IMG/VR virus record: IMGVR_UViG_3300032236_000747
Coordinates: 248,001 to 312,000 of that record
Length of the DNA stretch: 64,000 bases
Reading direction: 5' to 3' (one strand)
Shown one piece after another: positions 37,192-47,579 of this stretch. The notes under the pieces were generated by a model that had not been told where the DNA came from, did no database searches, and worked only from the letters and a program-made list of their open reading frames with translations. Within the stretch, counting starts at the first letter, position 1; each line of letters opens with the position of its first letter. Position numbers and translations under genes: made by a program.

Positions 37192-37215
37192 CATGAACAA
37201 CAGGAATAACCAACA

Positions 37216-40200
37216 ATGCTAAATCTTAATTTTCCAACAACAGGTATAACAACCGGTACACAATACACAGGTGACAACGGTGTTACATACATATACGACG
37301 GAGTTAAGTGGGTAGGACACTCTGTAGCACAGCCAGCAGGGACAAACTCAATCACTAATGCTGGACATACAGTACAAGTTGACGGCAGTGGTAATCTTGT
37401 TACTCCTAACTATGTATTCCCAGCAACTTCGGGTATAGCAAATCAAGTTCTAGTATGGCCCAACAGTGGCAACACGCTAGTATGGTCTAATCAAAGCGGG
37501 TCCGGCGGCGGCTCTAGCGGACCAGTTAACCAACTAACCAGCGGCACCGCAGTATTAAGTTTAGATCTTAACAGCACACTTAAAACAGTATCTCCGAACC
37601 TACAGGTACAGATAGGTGAATCATATGCACCTTATTGGGTAGCAGAATACGGTGGTCTTGGTTCCTCGGCCGTAGTAGCAAATGACTATGCTTATGGTAC
37701 CGGCGCTATATATGATAGCAAGGGTAATTTATATATTCTAGGTTCTGCCGCATCACAGATCAATGGCAGTACTTTTAACGACAGTTTGTTGTTGAAATAT
37801 GATCCTGCAGGTAATCTATTATGGCACAAGACTTGGCGCGATCCAATTAATGGTGGCAACTGCGGTGCCACCAATGTGGCCGTTGCCATAGATGCTAATG
37901 ATCGTATCTACTGGGTGGCCAACGATTGGACATCGGGCGGCATGTGGACTGGCTACATGGACACTGACGGTAATCTCGGTCTTGGTGGACAAGCACAACA
38001 AGTATTAGGGTTCAGTAGTCTTTATCCTACAGATCTTGCCTGCGACACTTCGGGCAACTACTATATTTCAGGTGCAATAACTGCCACAGGTAGTCCTTTC
38101 GGTGGTGGACAGTATGGTCAACCAATAGTTGTTAAAATCAACGGCGACAGTGGAGATGTAGTATGGACCAGCGACCTAACACCTGTTGCTTCTGACTCTA
38201 GTACTAGTACAGGACTATATCGTGCTGTTACTGTCAATGCTGCAACGGGAGATATTTGGGCAGTAGGCGACTATGTAGATATTAGCACCACTTGGGCTAT
38301 GTTGACTAAATGGAACAGCGCAGGTGTACATCAATGGACCAAGAAGTTAGTCACATACTCGGGAGATAAGGGCGAAGCAGTAGTCTTTAATAACGGCCAT
38401 GTCTATACTGTGGTCAATGACGGTACTGAAGTTAAAGTAGTAGTATCTAAATTTACTACCAATGGCACATTAGTTTGGGCATCTAACCTAGCACAAGGCG
38501 GATCTGATCCACAAGGATTTGATTTAAGTTTTGATTCAGACAATAATGTGTATCTAACTGGTACTTTACAAGGTCAGATATGGTTGACCAAGCTAGATCC
38601 TGCTACTGGTGCAATGCTATATAGCCGTAATTTAGTAACACAAAGCGGAGAAATAATATTTGACGGATCAGGTGATCCATTAGTTGGACACAGAGTAGGC
38701 GATATCTATCAAGATAAGATAGCTATTACTGCTATGACTCAAAGCGATCTTACACAAGCAGGCGGCTTCAACTCAAGAATTATACTAGCACAGTTGCCTA
38801 TTGATGGTAGCATTACCGGTGTATTTAATAATGTAGAAATCGGTGATATTACTAGTACTATAGCAGGCTCTTGCACAACAGGTACCTATTCTGTCACATC
38901 ATTGACCTGGATCACAGGAACAATAGGTACAAGTATTGGCACATTGAGTCAATTGTCAGCTAGTGCTGTTACCACAGTGGGCCAAATGAGTGGTCGAATA
39001 ATCAGCATCAGCACAGGCACTAGATCAACTGCTTGGAACTTTGGTCAGGACGGTGGATTAGCATTTCCAGATGGAACTGTACAGTACTCAGCGGCAGCAG
39101 GCGCGGAAACAAGATGGACTGCTACACCAGCAGTATCAGGTTGTCCTATCTACACAGAACTAACTCCAGACCACTTCTACGCATACACACAACAAAGTCA
39201 TTTGAGTTTAGAGAACGCGGGTGATTGGTGGTTAGGTAGTAGTTTCAACGGCACTTATGTTGGATCCCTTAATAGTACTGATACTACTGTCGTTGCTGTA
39301 AACGGTAAGGTTGTTGTTGGCGCAGGGTCAAGAGAGTTGGTATTTAGAGGTGATGGCAGTTTAACATTACCGGATACTAATAAGATAACAGCGGCAGTAA
39401 CTCCACAGGTTGGTTATATAGCAGTAGGTGTTGAAAATCCCGAGCAAGGAGTAGGTACTGACACTTTTGGATTTGTCAACTATATCTGGTCTAACGCCAG
39501 TACTGTGTTCCAATCAATTTTCCATCTAGGGCTAAATGGTTGGTACTTCTATCCAGTAGGTCATCCAGAGCAAAGTGTAGTCGTAGGCACCACTGGACAA
39601 CTAGGTTCAGCCTCAATAGGATTTAATACTACGCTTCCTCAAGGTCCCTATGTAGCATATAGTCCAGACTACAGACCTGCTGTCGGCCATCCTATTGTCG
39701 TTGAAACCAATGCCAATACATGGACATTTATGGTAGATGGCTCGTTGAAACTGACTGGAAGCAATCCAGAAAGTATTTATGGTGGTCCAGGCATTATTGA
39801 TTTTACTCCGGACAGCAGTTTAAGAATAGGTACTCCTACCTTAACTGGATCTGGGTTCCGCGACCACAACATTCGACATGCTATTGCCATTGGTAATGGC
39901 GCACAAGACTGGAATGTCAACACAGGTAGCTACTCAATTGTGATTGGTAGCGGAGACGACACCGGCTACGGTGCCAAAGACAAGTCTGTTGTTATTGGTA
40001 GTGGGGCAGGATTCAACGATGGCGGTGCAGTAGGTACAGCCTCTATTGCCATTGGTTATCGTGCTAACTACGATCACGGAGCAGATCACACAATAACACT
40101 CAACGCCACCGGCAATGATCTAAGTGTTGATCATTCTGGATTCTTTGTTAAACCGATTCGACAAGACGGTGCTAGCAGAGCCAAAGCTGTATTTTACAAT

Positions 40201-43200
40201 ACTGCCACCGGTGAACTAACTTATACAACATCAACAGTATATCAACTGACCAGCGGAACAGCAGTATTAAGCGTAGCCTCAGACAGTAGCGTGACACTGC
40301 CTAATGGCGCTAAACTAGACGGCGGAGTTTCTTATAAGTTTGCCACAGACAATAGTGTAACGCAGTATATTGATCTACGTGATGCAAGTGGTCGTGGTTT
40401 CTATACTGACGGTAGCGGATATACATTAAGAAGTAGTAGTAGCTACAGCTGGATCTTTGGTCCAGATGGTAGTTTAAGAGCACCGGCATTACCTGTAAAC
40501 GGTGCATCGTTTGACATAGTATATACACAGCCAACATTGATGCTAGGTGTAAACTCATCTGATTCTACTATTGCCGACACACCAAGTGATGAAACCAATC
40601 GCGGCAACCGCACTATCCTAATACAAGGACAAAGAGGCTACGGCAGTTTTAGTACTAATGGACCGGGCGGAAAAGGCACCAGTGTTCGCATTCAGGGTGG
40701 ATTAGGTGGAGAAAGTGGCACCACTAACGGTGGCGGCGAAGGCGGAACTATTAACGTCTACGGCGGCGACGGTAATGGCGGTAATGGTGGCGGCTGGGTT
40801 AACATCGGCGGAGGCACCGCAGCATACAACGACATTGGATCAACTCCTTATGGTGGACAAGTTAATATCACCGGTGGTAGTGCATTAGGCGCCTATAGCG
40901 GTACAGGCATTGGCGGCGATATAATACTTCAAGGCGGACGAGGTAATTTTGCCAACGGACGTGTCAGTATTCAAACATTTGATTCATTACTTAGCACCTG
41001 GAACAATTGGAACTTTAACCAAGACGGTACTTTAAATATACAAGGTGATATACAAGATTCTAATGGATCGGTTATTCGTATAGCAACAACTAGCACAGCA
41101 CCTACTAGAGTTAATGGACAGTTATGGTTTAACACTGATGAAGGTCGTACTTATATTAAGTACAACGGTCAATGGGTTGATGCTAGTCCAACAGAAGTTC
41201 CTCCTGTAAGTACATATCTAGGCGATATTACGGTCATCGGCAATACTCTATATATCAATACTTCTACACTAACTATTGACGACTCCGGTACACTATTAGT
41301 CAATGGCGCACAAGTAACCGGTACTGGCGGAGGCGGTGGTGGAGGTTTTATTACTAGTGGAACATTATTCGGACCACAGATTGTAGGATTTGTACCCCCG
41401 GATAGTGCGTTAATATTCTCTAGTACAGCAAGTAATAGCAATTTAGCTGAATTAGGATTTGTAGCACCTGGCGGCTTTGGTAGTAACAATGATTTTATAT
41501 CAGTTCTTGGTGCCGCTAACCTCGGCGGTAGTACAGCATCATCAGTAATGATCTTTAGTGCGGCAGCTAGCGGCAATCAGAGCCAATGGAAGTTCGGTGG
41601 CGACGGCGTATTAACATTAAGCACAGCAAGTACTATTTTAGGAACAGGCTCAGACCCCAATGTCTATATCGAAACAGTTACATCTAGTACAACCAGCATT
41701 TGGACATTTGGTACTAACGGCGTTCTAACACTACCTGCGTCCACTCCTGTAATCAAGGGTGCTGGATCTGGTACAGATGTTACCCTTGTTGCTACAACAG
41801 GTTCTAATACTAGTACCTGGGTGTTTGGCGCAAACGGAACTACGCATTTCCCACAATACACATTCCCTGCTGTAGATGGCGCTGCATATCAAATGCTACA
41901 AACAGATGGTAGTGGTAACTTAACCTGGGTTGACAACGCACACAACTATATATCTAATGGTACAAGCGGCGTAACTATTCCGGGCGAGAATGGTAATGTT
42001 ATTATGTCTGTTGAAGGCAATACTATTGCTGAGTTTACTCCTACTGGAGTTAACATTACAGGCAATCTAAATATTACTAACTCGGCAACTTACATTGTCA
42101 GTACTAATACAGTCTATACAGATAGCCTAATCGAAATACACGCACCTCCGGGTGGAGTAGCAAGTACTTGGACCAGCAATGATCTCAATGATATTGGTTT
42201 CCGATTCCATTATTATAATGGGGCGGATAAAAATGCTGGCTTATATATGGACAACGGCACTTGGAGATTAAAGTGGGCTGTGGACGGTGTTGAATCGGGT
42301 GGACAGTTTGTTCACAGTGGCCTAGGCGATATTGAGGCACGCACATTCTACGGTAACTTAAATGCCACTACTGCTACATTCTCGGGTGGTCTAACAATTG
42401 ATAATGGAGGTATTGCTGGCCTTGATCAAAATAGAGTTAATATTAATTCATCTGGGGCTAACGGAGGAACAACATTATATTGGTTATCTACATTCACAAA
42501 CACATCGTCGATACAGACGGTCAGTGTTGATCTCGGCCAACAAGGTGGCGGATTGCCAGGTGTACGGATTCAGGCCTATGACGAAAGGTATTTAAACCCT
42601 AACGATTATGGCGGCTGGACTTTTGATTATTATGGTAATTTGTCATTGCCAGATGGTTCAACATTAGGAAACAATAAATGGATATCAGTCAGTCAATCTA
42701 TGGCTATTAAATTAGATGACACATATGTTCAAATTACTCCTGTTGATCAGTATTCTAATAGTACTACCCCTTGGACTTTTAGTAGTACTGGCACACTTAC
42801 ATTCCCTAACGATACTGTGCAAACCACAGCCTATTTAGGAACTGCTACAACTGGAAGAGTTGGTGGAGTTAAGATTGGTAGTGGCATTAGTATAACAGCA
42901 GATGGTACCATATCGGCTGCGGCAATTAGCACATCTAGTTTCTTAGTTAATAACTTTACCGCAGTAGGTACAACCACGGTAGGTGTATTTAAAGCAACAC
43001 AGGTAGCGGAAACATTCACTAGTTTAACTCCTGCCAACGCATCAACTGCTACACTTAACTGTTCAGGTGGTAATGTCTTTAATATCACAATGGGGACATT
43101 GGGTCAAAACTGGACTCCATGGTTGACTAACCTTAATGTAACATCAGGCACAGTGGCTACTGTATCTATCATTGTTAACCAAACAGGCACAGCTTACATT

Positions 43201-43362
43201 CCGACTAGTGTGGTTATTCCGGGCGCTACTAATACTAGTTTTACATGGCAAGGCGGATCTACTCCAACAGGTAGTCCTAACAAGAAAGATGTTATTGCTT
43301 ATAACATCTACAGTACAGCAACTAACCAATATGTTGTATTAGCACAGTTGATATCATTCTAA
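37216..43362 (+). CDS. Large tail fibre / adhesin (2048 aa) with beta-propeller region
   Basis: D..GN.Y..G / K....G...W propeller repeats; repeated W.FG.DG.L..P modules; AIG..A repeats. Confidence 0.8.
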   Translation: MLNLNFPTTGITTGTQYTGDNGVTYIYDGVKWVGHSVAQPAGTNSITNAGHTVQVDGSGNLVTPNYVFPATSGIANQVLVWPNSGNTLVWSNQSGSGGGSSGPVNQLTSGTAVLSLDLNSTLKTVSPNLQVQIGESYAPYWVAEYGGLGSSAVVANDYAYGTGAIYDSKGNLYILGSAASQINGSTFNDSLLLKYDPAGNLLWHKTWRDPINGGNCGATNVAVAIDANDRIYWVANDWTSGGMWTGYMDTDGNLGLGGQAQQVLGFSSLYPTDLACDTSGNYYISGAITATGSPFGGGQYGQPIVVKINGDSGDVVWTSDLTPVASDSSTSTGLYRAVTVNAATGDIWAVGDYVDISTTWAMLTKWNSAGVHQWTKKLVTYSGDKGEAVVFNNGHVYTVVNDGTEVKVVVSKFTTNGTLVWASNLAQGGSDPQGFDLSFDSDNNVYLTGTLQGQIWLTKLDPATGAMLYSRNLVTQSGEIIFDGSGDPLVGHRVGDIYQDKIAITAMTQSDLTQAGGFNSRIILAQLPIDGSITGVFNNVEIGDITSTIAGSCTTGTYSVTSLTWITGTIGTSIGTLSQLSASAVTTVGQMSGRIISISTGTRSTAWNFGQDGGLAFPDGTVQYSAAAGAETRWTATPAVSGCPIYTELTPDHFYAYTQQSHLSLENAGDWWLGSSFNGTYVGSLNSTDTTVVAVNGKVVVGAGSRELVFRGDGSLTLPDTNKITAAVTPQVGYIAVGVENPEQGVGTDTFGFVNYIWSNASTVFQSIFHLGLNGWYFYPVGHPEQSVVVGTTGQLGSASIGFNTTLPQGPYVAYSPDYRPAVGHPIVVETNANTWTFMVDGSLKLTGSNPESIYGGPGIIDFTPDSSLRIGTPTLTGSGFRDHNIRHAIAIGNGAQDWNVNTGSYSIVIGSGDDTGYGAKDKSVVIGSGAGFNDGGAVGTASIAIGYRANYDHGADHTITLNATGNDLSVDHSGFFVKPIRQDGASRAKAVFYNTATGELTYTTSTVYQLTSGTAVLSVASDSSVTLPNGAKLDGGVSYKFATDNSVTQYIDLRDASGRGFYTDGSGYTLRSSSSYSWIFGPDGSLRAPALPVNGASFDIVYTQPTLMLGVNSSDSTIADTPSDETNRGNRTILIQGQRGYGSFSTNGPGGKGTSVRIQGGLGGESGTTNGGGEGGTINVYGGDGNGGNGGGWVNIGGGTAAYNDIGSTPYGGQVNITGGSALGAYSGTGIGGDIILQGGRGNFANGRVSIQTFDSLLSTWNNWNFNQDGTLNIQGDIQDSNGSVIRIATTSTAPTRVNGQLWFNTDEGRTYIKYNGQWVDASPTEVPPVSTYLGDITVIGNTLYINTSTLTIDDSGTLLVNGAQVTGTGGGGGGGFITSGTLFGPQIVGFVPPDSALIFSSTASNSNLAELGFVAPGGFGSNNDFISVLGAANLGGSTASSVMIFSAAASGNQSQWKFGGDGVLTLSTASTILGTGSDPNVYIETVTSSTTSIWTFGTNGVLTLPASTPVIKGAGSGTDVTLVATTGSNTSTWVFGANGTTHFPQYTFPAVDGAAYQMLQTDGSGNLTWVDNAHNYISNGTSGVTIPGENGNVIMSVEGNTIAEFTPTGVNITGNLNITNSATYIVSTNTVYTDSLIEIHAPPGGVASTWTSNDLNDIGFRFHYYNGADKNAGLYMDNGTWRLKWAVDGVESGGQFVHSGLGDIEARTFYGNLNATTATFSGGLTIDNGGIAGLDQNRVNINSSGANGGTTLYWLSTFTNTSSIQTVSVDLGQQGGGLPGVRIQAYDERYLNPNDYGGWTFDYYGNLSLPDGSTLGNNKWISVSQSMAIKLDDTYVQITPVDQYSNSTTPWTFSSTGTLTFPNDTVQTTAYLGTATTGRVGGVKIGSGISITADGTISAAAISTSSFLVNNFTAVGTTTVGVFKATQVAETFTSLTPANASTATLNCSGGNVFNITMGTLGQNWTPWLTNLNVTSGTVATVSIIVNQTGTAYIPTSVVIPGATNTSFTWQGGSTPTGSPNKKDVIAYNIYSTATNQYVVLAQLISF

Positions 43363-43370
43363 GGACTGCA

Positions 43371-44189
43371 ATGTTTGGATTTTTTACTAACGCTATAGGT
43401 TTTGGGGAACGACCTGCTATTAAGCAGACTGTTACTGCGGCCAACTTAACCGCTACTGTGACTGCTACAGTAGTTTGGTATGATATGAGTACTACTGGTA
43501 CAAATTATGTAGATCAATTTGTACAAGCTACTTCTGCTGCTACCCCTATAAACAGCGGAACAGCTATTACTAAGTTTATTAATCGAGCCAATACTGCAAC
43601 TTATACAATGACAGTGTCGGGTAATCCGCAGTATGTTACTAATGCTAATAATACATTGGGTGCTGTCAAGTTCACAGGCAGTCAATACGGAACATTAGGT
43701 TCTATGTCAACAGTATTTGGTGGCAAGTCGGGGATGACTGCTATTGCTGTGGTCAAGCCCGCTGCAATGTCTACATCAACATCGGGTGGCTTGTGGATAT
43801 GTGGTTCAGACAACGGTCCAGAGATGGTTATAAAATACGAAACTAGTGTATGGAAATGTACTGTTGCTGGATACACTGGCGCTACTACAGTTCCTTTGAA
43901 CACTACTACTTGGCAAGTGTTCAGTTTTGTGTTTGATGGCATAGCACCAGCAACTGCTGGTAGACTGCGATTCCGTTATAACAAAGCAGATCAAGTATTA
44001 ACCTATAGTGGAACTGCTGGTACTGCCACAGGTGGTTCAACAGACAACTACTATATAGGTGGTATGGGATCAGGTCCTTCAAATCAAATGAGCGGACAGA
44101 TAGGCGAGTTCTTTATTTGGAATCGTGCTCTTAAAGTTTCTGAAGTAAGTGCTATAGAAACTTATCTCGGAACCAAGTGGGGTATATAA
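43371..44189 (+). CDS. Concanavalin/LamG-like structural protein
   Basis: VWYD...GQIGEFFIWNRAL...ETYL..KWG. Confidence 0.75.
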   Translation: MFGFFTNAIGFGERPAIKQTVTAANLTATVTATVVWYDMSTTGTNYVDQFVQATSAATPINSGTAITKFINRANTATYTMTVSGNPQYVTNANNTLGAVKFTGSQYGTLGSMSTVFGGKSGMTAIAVVKPAAMSTSTSGGLWICGSDNGPEMVIKYETSVWKCTVAGYTGATTVPLNTTTWQVFSFVFDGIAPATAGRLRFRYNKADQVLTYSGTAGTATGGSTDNYYIGGMGSGPSNQMSGQIGEFFIWNRALKVSEVSAIETYLGTKWGI

Positions 44190-45553
44190 TGGCAATAACA
44201 ATACGATCAGCACAGACTATCAGCAACGGTATTAAACTCAAAGGTAATTACAATATTAACGAAGGTATAATCTTATGGCTTGATGCTGCCAACCCAGCAA
44301 GTTATCCTGGTTCAGGAACAACCTGGTATGATTTAACCAGCAATCACTATAACGCTACCTTATATGGCGCTACTTATAGCAACAGGGCCATCAACTTTGA
44401 CTACACACAAAGCCAGTATGCTGCACTAGCCGCTAACAATATCCTAGGTGGAGACTTTACAGCTATAGGTTGGGTCTATGTTCGCAGTTATCAAGCCTGG
44501 AGTAGACTATTTGATTTTGGTAATGGTGCAGGTGGTGTTAATGTGATTCTAGCAGTTACACAGGGCTCTAGTGGGAATCCTGTGTGGAGCACTGACGGAG
44601 CAGATAATATAAACAGCAGTCAACTATTACCTCTAAATCAATGGGTTCAGTTGTCAGCAACTCAATCAGGACTAACAGGCACAATCTACATAAACGGACA
44701 ACAAGTGGCTAGTGCTACTAATACTGGAATAGCTACTGTAACTCGTAATCTCAACTATATTGGCAAGAGTAACTGGAATGGTGATGGTTACCTAGATGGT
44801 AAGATTAAATCGTTGAAAATGTGGAATAGAACACTGAGTCCTAGTGAGATTAGTTTTGACTATCAAACTAACAATCCTAATATTGTTACTACAGGACTCT
44901 ACGCCAACTATGATGCCACTGCAATAACCAACACCACAACATTCCCAGACTCTAGCGGTAATGGTCGCAATGCTAGCTTGTTTAATGGTCCTACTACTAC
45001 AATATTTAATGGTACACAAGTATTACAGTTAAACGGTAGCAGTCAATATTTTGCTAAAAATGATGGGTACGGTTCAGACTTGGACTCAGCGTTTACATTT
45101 GATGTATGGGCGTGTCCTGTAAGTGCTGGCACACCAGGAGTGCTGATAGCCGAATGGTCACCGACGGTTACTGGCGGCTGGCAAGATACACAGATGGGAT
45201 TTACTAATGTGGATATCAGAGCAGGTGTTTATAATACTAATGCCGCTGTAGCCAAAGACAGTTGGACTGCTAACACTTGGTATCATATCGTAACAACATA
45301 TGACGGGTCTATACTTAGAACCTATGTCAATAGTGTAGCAGGTGCTACTAGTGCAGGAGCAAAACAAAGTCCAACAGGATCTAGTGTTGGGCCAACAGTT
45401 TTAAGTATGGGTATACCTTGTGCTGATTATCTAGGCGGCGTTAGCGGATACTTTCACGGATTTATTGGTGCTTGGAAAATCTACAACCGAGCACTAACAC
45501 CTGCAGAGGTAAATCAAAACTTTAACGCACTACGCGGTCAGTACGGAGTATAA
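44189..45553 (+). CDS. Protein with two LamG/concanavalin domains
   Basis: LWLDAANPASYPGSGTTWYDL; W..L..T...IYING; KIYNRALT..EVNQNF. Confidence 0.85.
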   Translation: MAITIRSAQTISNGIKLKGNYNINEGIILWLDAANPASYPGSGTTWYDLTSNHYNATLYGATYSNRAINFDYTQSQYAALAANNILGGDFTAIGWVYVRSYQAWSRLFDFGNGAGGVNVILAVTQGSSGNPVWSTDGADNINSSQLLPLNQWVQLSATQSGLTGTIYINGQQVASATNTGIATVTRNLNYIGKSNWNGDGYLDGKIKSLKMWNRTLSPSEISFDYQTNNPNIVTTGLYANYDATAITNTTTFPDSSGNGRNASLFNGPTTTIFNGTQVLQLNGSSQYFAKNDGYGSDLDSAFTFDVWACPVSAGTPGVLIAEWSPTVTGGWQDTQMGFTNVDIRAGVYNTNAAVAKDSWTANTWYHIVTTYDGSILRTYVNSVAGATSAGAKQSPTGSSVGPTVLSMGIPCADYLGGVSGYFHGFIGAWKIYNRALTPAEVNQNFNALRGQYGV

Positions 45554-45554
45554 C

Positions 45555-46361
45555 ATGAGCCTAATAATTAATCCAGGATACACAATAGGGCCAGGTACTA
45601 CTCTACATAGTGGCAATCCAGTAATACCAGCACCAACGGGACTAACCAGTAGTAATCCTAGTACAAGTGCGTGGGCTATTAAACAGGCATATCCAAATAG
45701 TCCGGATGGCCGATACTGGATACAGAACGCTAACATTAACGGCGGAGCTCCTGTACAGATTTATGCTGATATGACCACATTGGGTGGCGGCTGGACCTTA
45801 TTAGTACAGAACCCTAGTTCAGACTGGACCACCTCAAATGGCTTATTACGCAATCAAACCTCACCACCTAGCAGTCTAGTTGACTTTAACAGCAATGGCT
45901 CCGGCACGGCCTACAGCATACTAGGTTGGGCAGATTATATCAAACGTAGCGCAAGCGGATTTGATTATATGTTTGATGCTGGCTACAGAGGACGCAACGG
46001 AGCGGCTTATACTGCTAACGAAGCCTATAGTTTTGTTGAAGTATGGAACAATCAATCAGTTGGAAGTGTTGGATTAGCTAATAACGGTTGGCGCAAGAAC
46101 ATTACAGAAATTCAGCGTTTCCCAGCAGGTACTTCAAGCGATACTAACTTAACTTGGAACTACGATCAAGACGGTATAGAAGCTCGTATGCCCTGGTATG
46201 CCTACGGAGGCCACGATGCTCAAGCAATATTGACCACAGACGGCCCAGGCAATGGGGGGTGGTGGGGAACTATTATAGCAACAGCTGGCTGGGATCCAGC
46301 ACCATGGCATAACCCCTCAGGTTGGGGTTACCCAAAGGTTATCTGGTACTGGGTTAGATAA
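45555..46361 (+). CDS. Fibrinogen-C-like domain structural protein
   Basis: PDGRYWI...QIYADMTTLGGGWTL. Confidence 0.75.
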   Translation: MSLIINPGYTIGPGTTLHSGNPVIPAPTGLTSSNPSTSAWAIKQAYPNSPDGRYWIQNANINGGAPVQIYADMTTLGGGWTLLVQNPSSDWTTSNGLLRNQTSPPSSLVDFNSNGSGTAYSILGWADYIKRSASGFDYMFDAGYRGRNGAAYTANEAYSFVEVWNNQSVGSVGLANNGWRKNITEIQRFPAGTSSDTNLTWNYDQDGIEARMPWYAYGGHDAQAILTTDGPGNGGWWGTIIATAGWDPAPWHNPSGWGYPKVIWYWVR

Positions 46362-46384
46362 CACAAAAACAGGTAAATACGCAT

Positions 46385-47566
46385 ATGACACATCCAATAC
46401 CATTTCCAACAAGCCCTCAAACAGGGCAACAATTTCTAGCAGATAATACAGTGACTTATATCTGGACTGGAGATCGTTGGTCTTCTAGTCGTGCTCTAGT
46501 TAATAGATATACAACATTTACTGTAGAAGAAGGCGCATTTGCAGATTTTGACTACAATCCATCAATTAATAAGTTATTAGATAGTGGTGATAGTACTACA
46601 GAATCATACCGTTTTATAGATGCAGGCAGTTCTAATGTTGGACTTGAGCAAATAACTGTCACATCATCTTATCTAGCACCTAGCGGATACGCACCTGGTG
46701 ATTTTGGCACAGTTACTTACTATATTGTACACGACGGCGCACAAGAAGCTGGTCTAGTTTTCCACGGACTAACCGGCGGTGGAGACCAAACAATAACAGG
46801 CACCTACGCTCAGGGCAGTAATACTTTAGTAATACCTCCATTATATCAGAGTTTATGGTCACAAATAGTATCTGTTAGAGCTTATGTGGTAGACAGTCTC
46901 GGTGATACATATTTTGCTGATGTTAGCGATATGTGGGAAACACCTTATGGTCCGTGTCTAGTAGCAGGCACATTAATGACATTGGCTGATGGAACACATA
47001 AGAAGATTGAAGACATTACATATGATGATGTATTGAGTGTATGGAACTTTGATCTAGGTGAAATGTCAGAAGCCCGTCCACTATGGGTCAAACGCAAACA
47101 AACCGCCGGAGACTATACACTGGTAAAGTTCAGCGATGGTACAGAATTACGCACTGTTGGACACCATATATTCAACAAACAAGTAGGCGAGTTTACAAAG
47201 ATTATCACTGATGATACTCCGGTAGGTACTATCACCGTAAACGAACAAGGACAAGAGATTGCTATTGTTAGCAAAGAACTAGTGCGAGAAACTGTAGACT
47301 ACTATAACATCTGGACACAGTATCATTTGAACGCTTATGCTAATGGTCTATTAACTGGCAACAAATATTGTAATATCTACCCTGTTGTGGATATGAAGTA
47401 TGTGAAAGATGACAGAACTTTACGCTCTGTAGAAGAATTTGCGGATATCGATGAGAAATATATCGCAGGTATGAGATTACAAGAACAAACATTCGATTTA
47501 GCATTTATACAAACTATGGTAGATAGAATAGAATTATTAGACAGCAAGGCTGCTATAACAGCATAA
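46385..47566 (+). CDS. Structural protein with Hint (intein-like) domain at about 46955-47362
   Basis: GP-CLVAGTLMTLADG...IEDI...DYYNI...YANGLLTGN. Confidence 0.85.
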   Translation: MTHPIPFPTSPQTGQQFLADNTVTYIWTGDRWSSSRALVNRYTTFTVEEGAFADFDYNPSINKLLDSGDSTTESYRFIDAGSSNVGLEQITVTSSYLAPSGYAPGDFGTVTYYIVHDGAQEAGLVFHGLTGGGDQTITGTYAQGSNTLVIPPLYQSLWSQIVSVRAYVVDSLGDTYFADVSDMWETPYGPCLVAGTLMTLADGTHKKIEDITYDDVLSVWNFDLGEMSEARPLWVKRKQTAGDYTLVKFSDGTELRTVGHHIFNKQVGEFTKIITDDTPVGTITVNEQGQEIAIVSKELVRETVDYYNIWTQYHLNAYANGLLTGNKYCNIYPVVDMKYVKDDRTLRSVEEFADIDEKYIAGMRLQEQTFDLAFIQTMVDRIELLDSKAAITA

Positions 47567-47579
47567 TAGGAAAACAACT

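Noticed and set aside
46955-47362. Canonical mobile intein
   Set aside because: No homing endonuclease insert and no Cys/Ser/Thr after the terminal Asn; treated as a BIL-like Hint instead.
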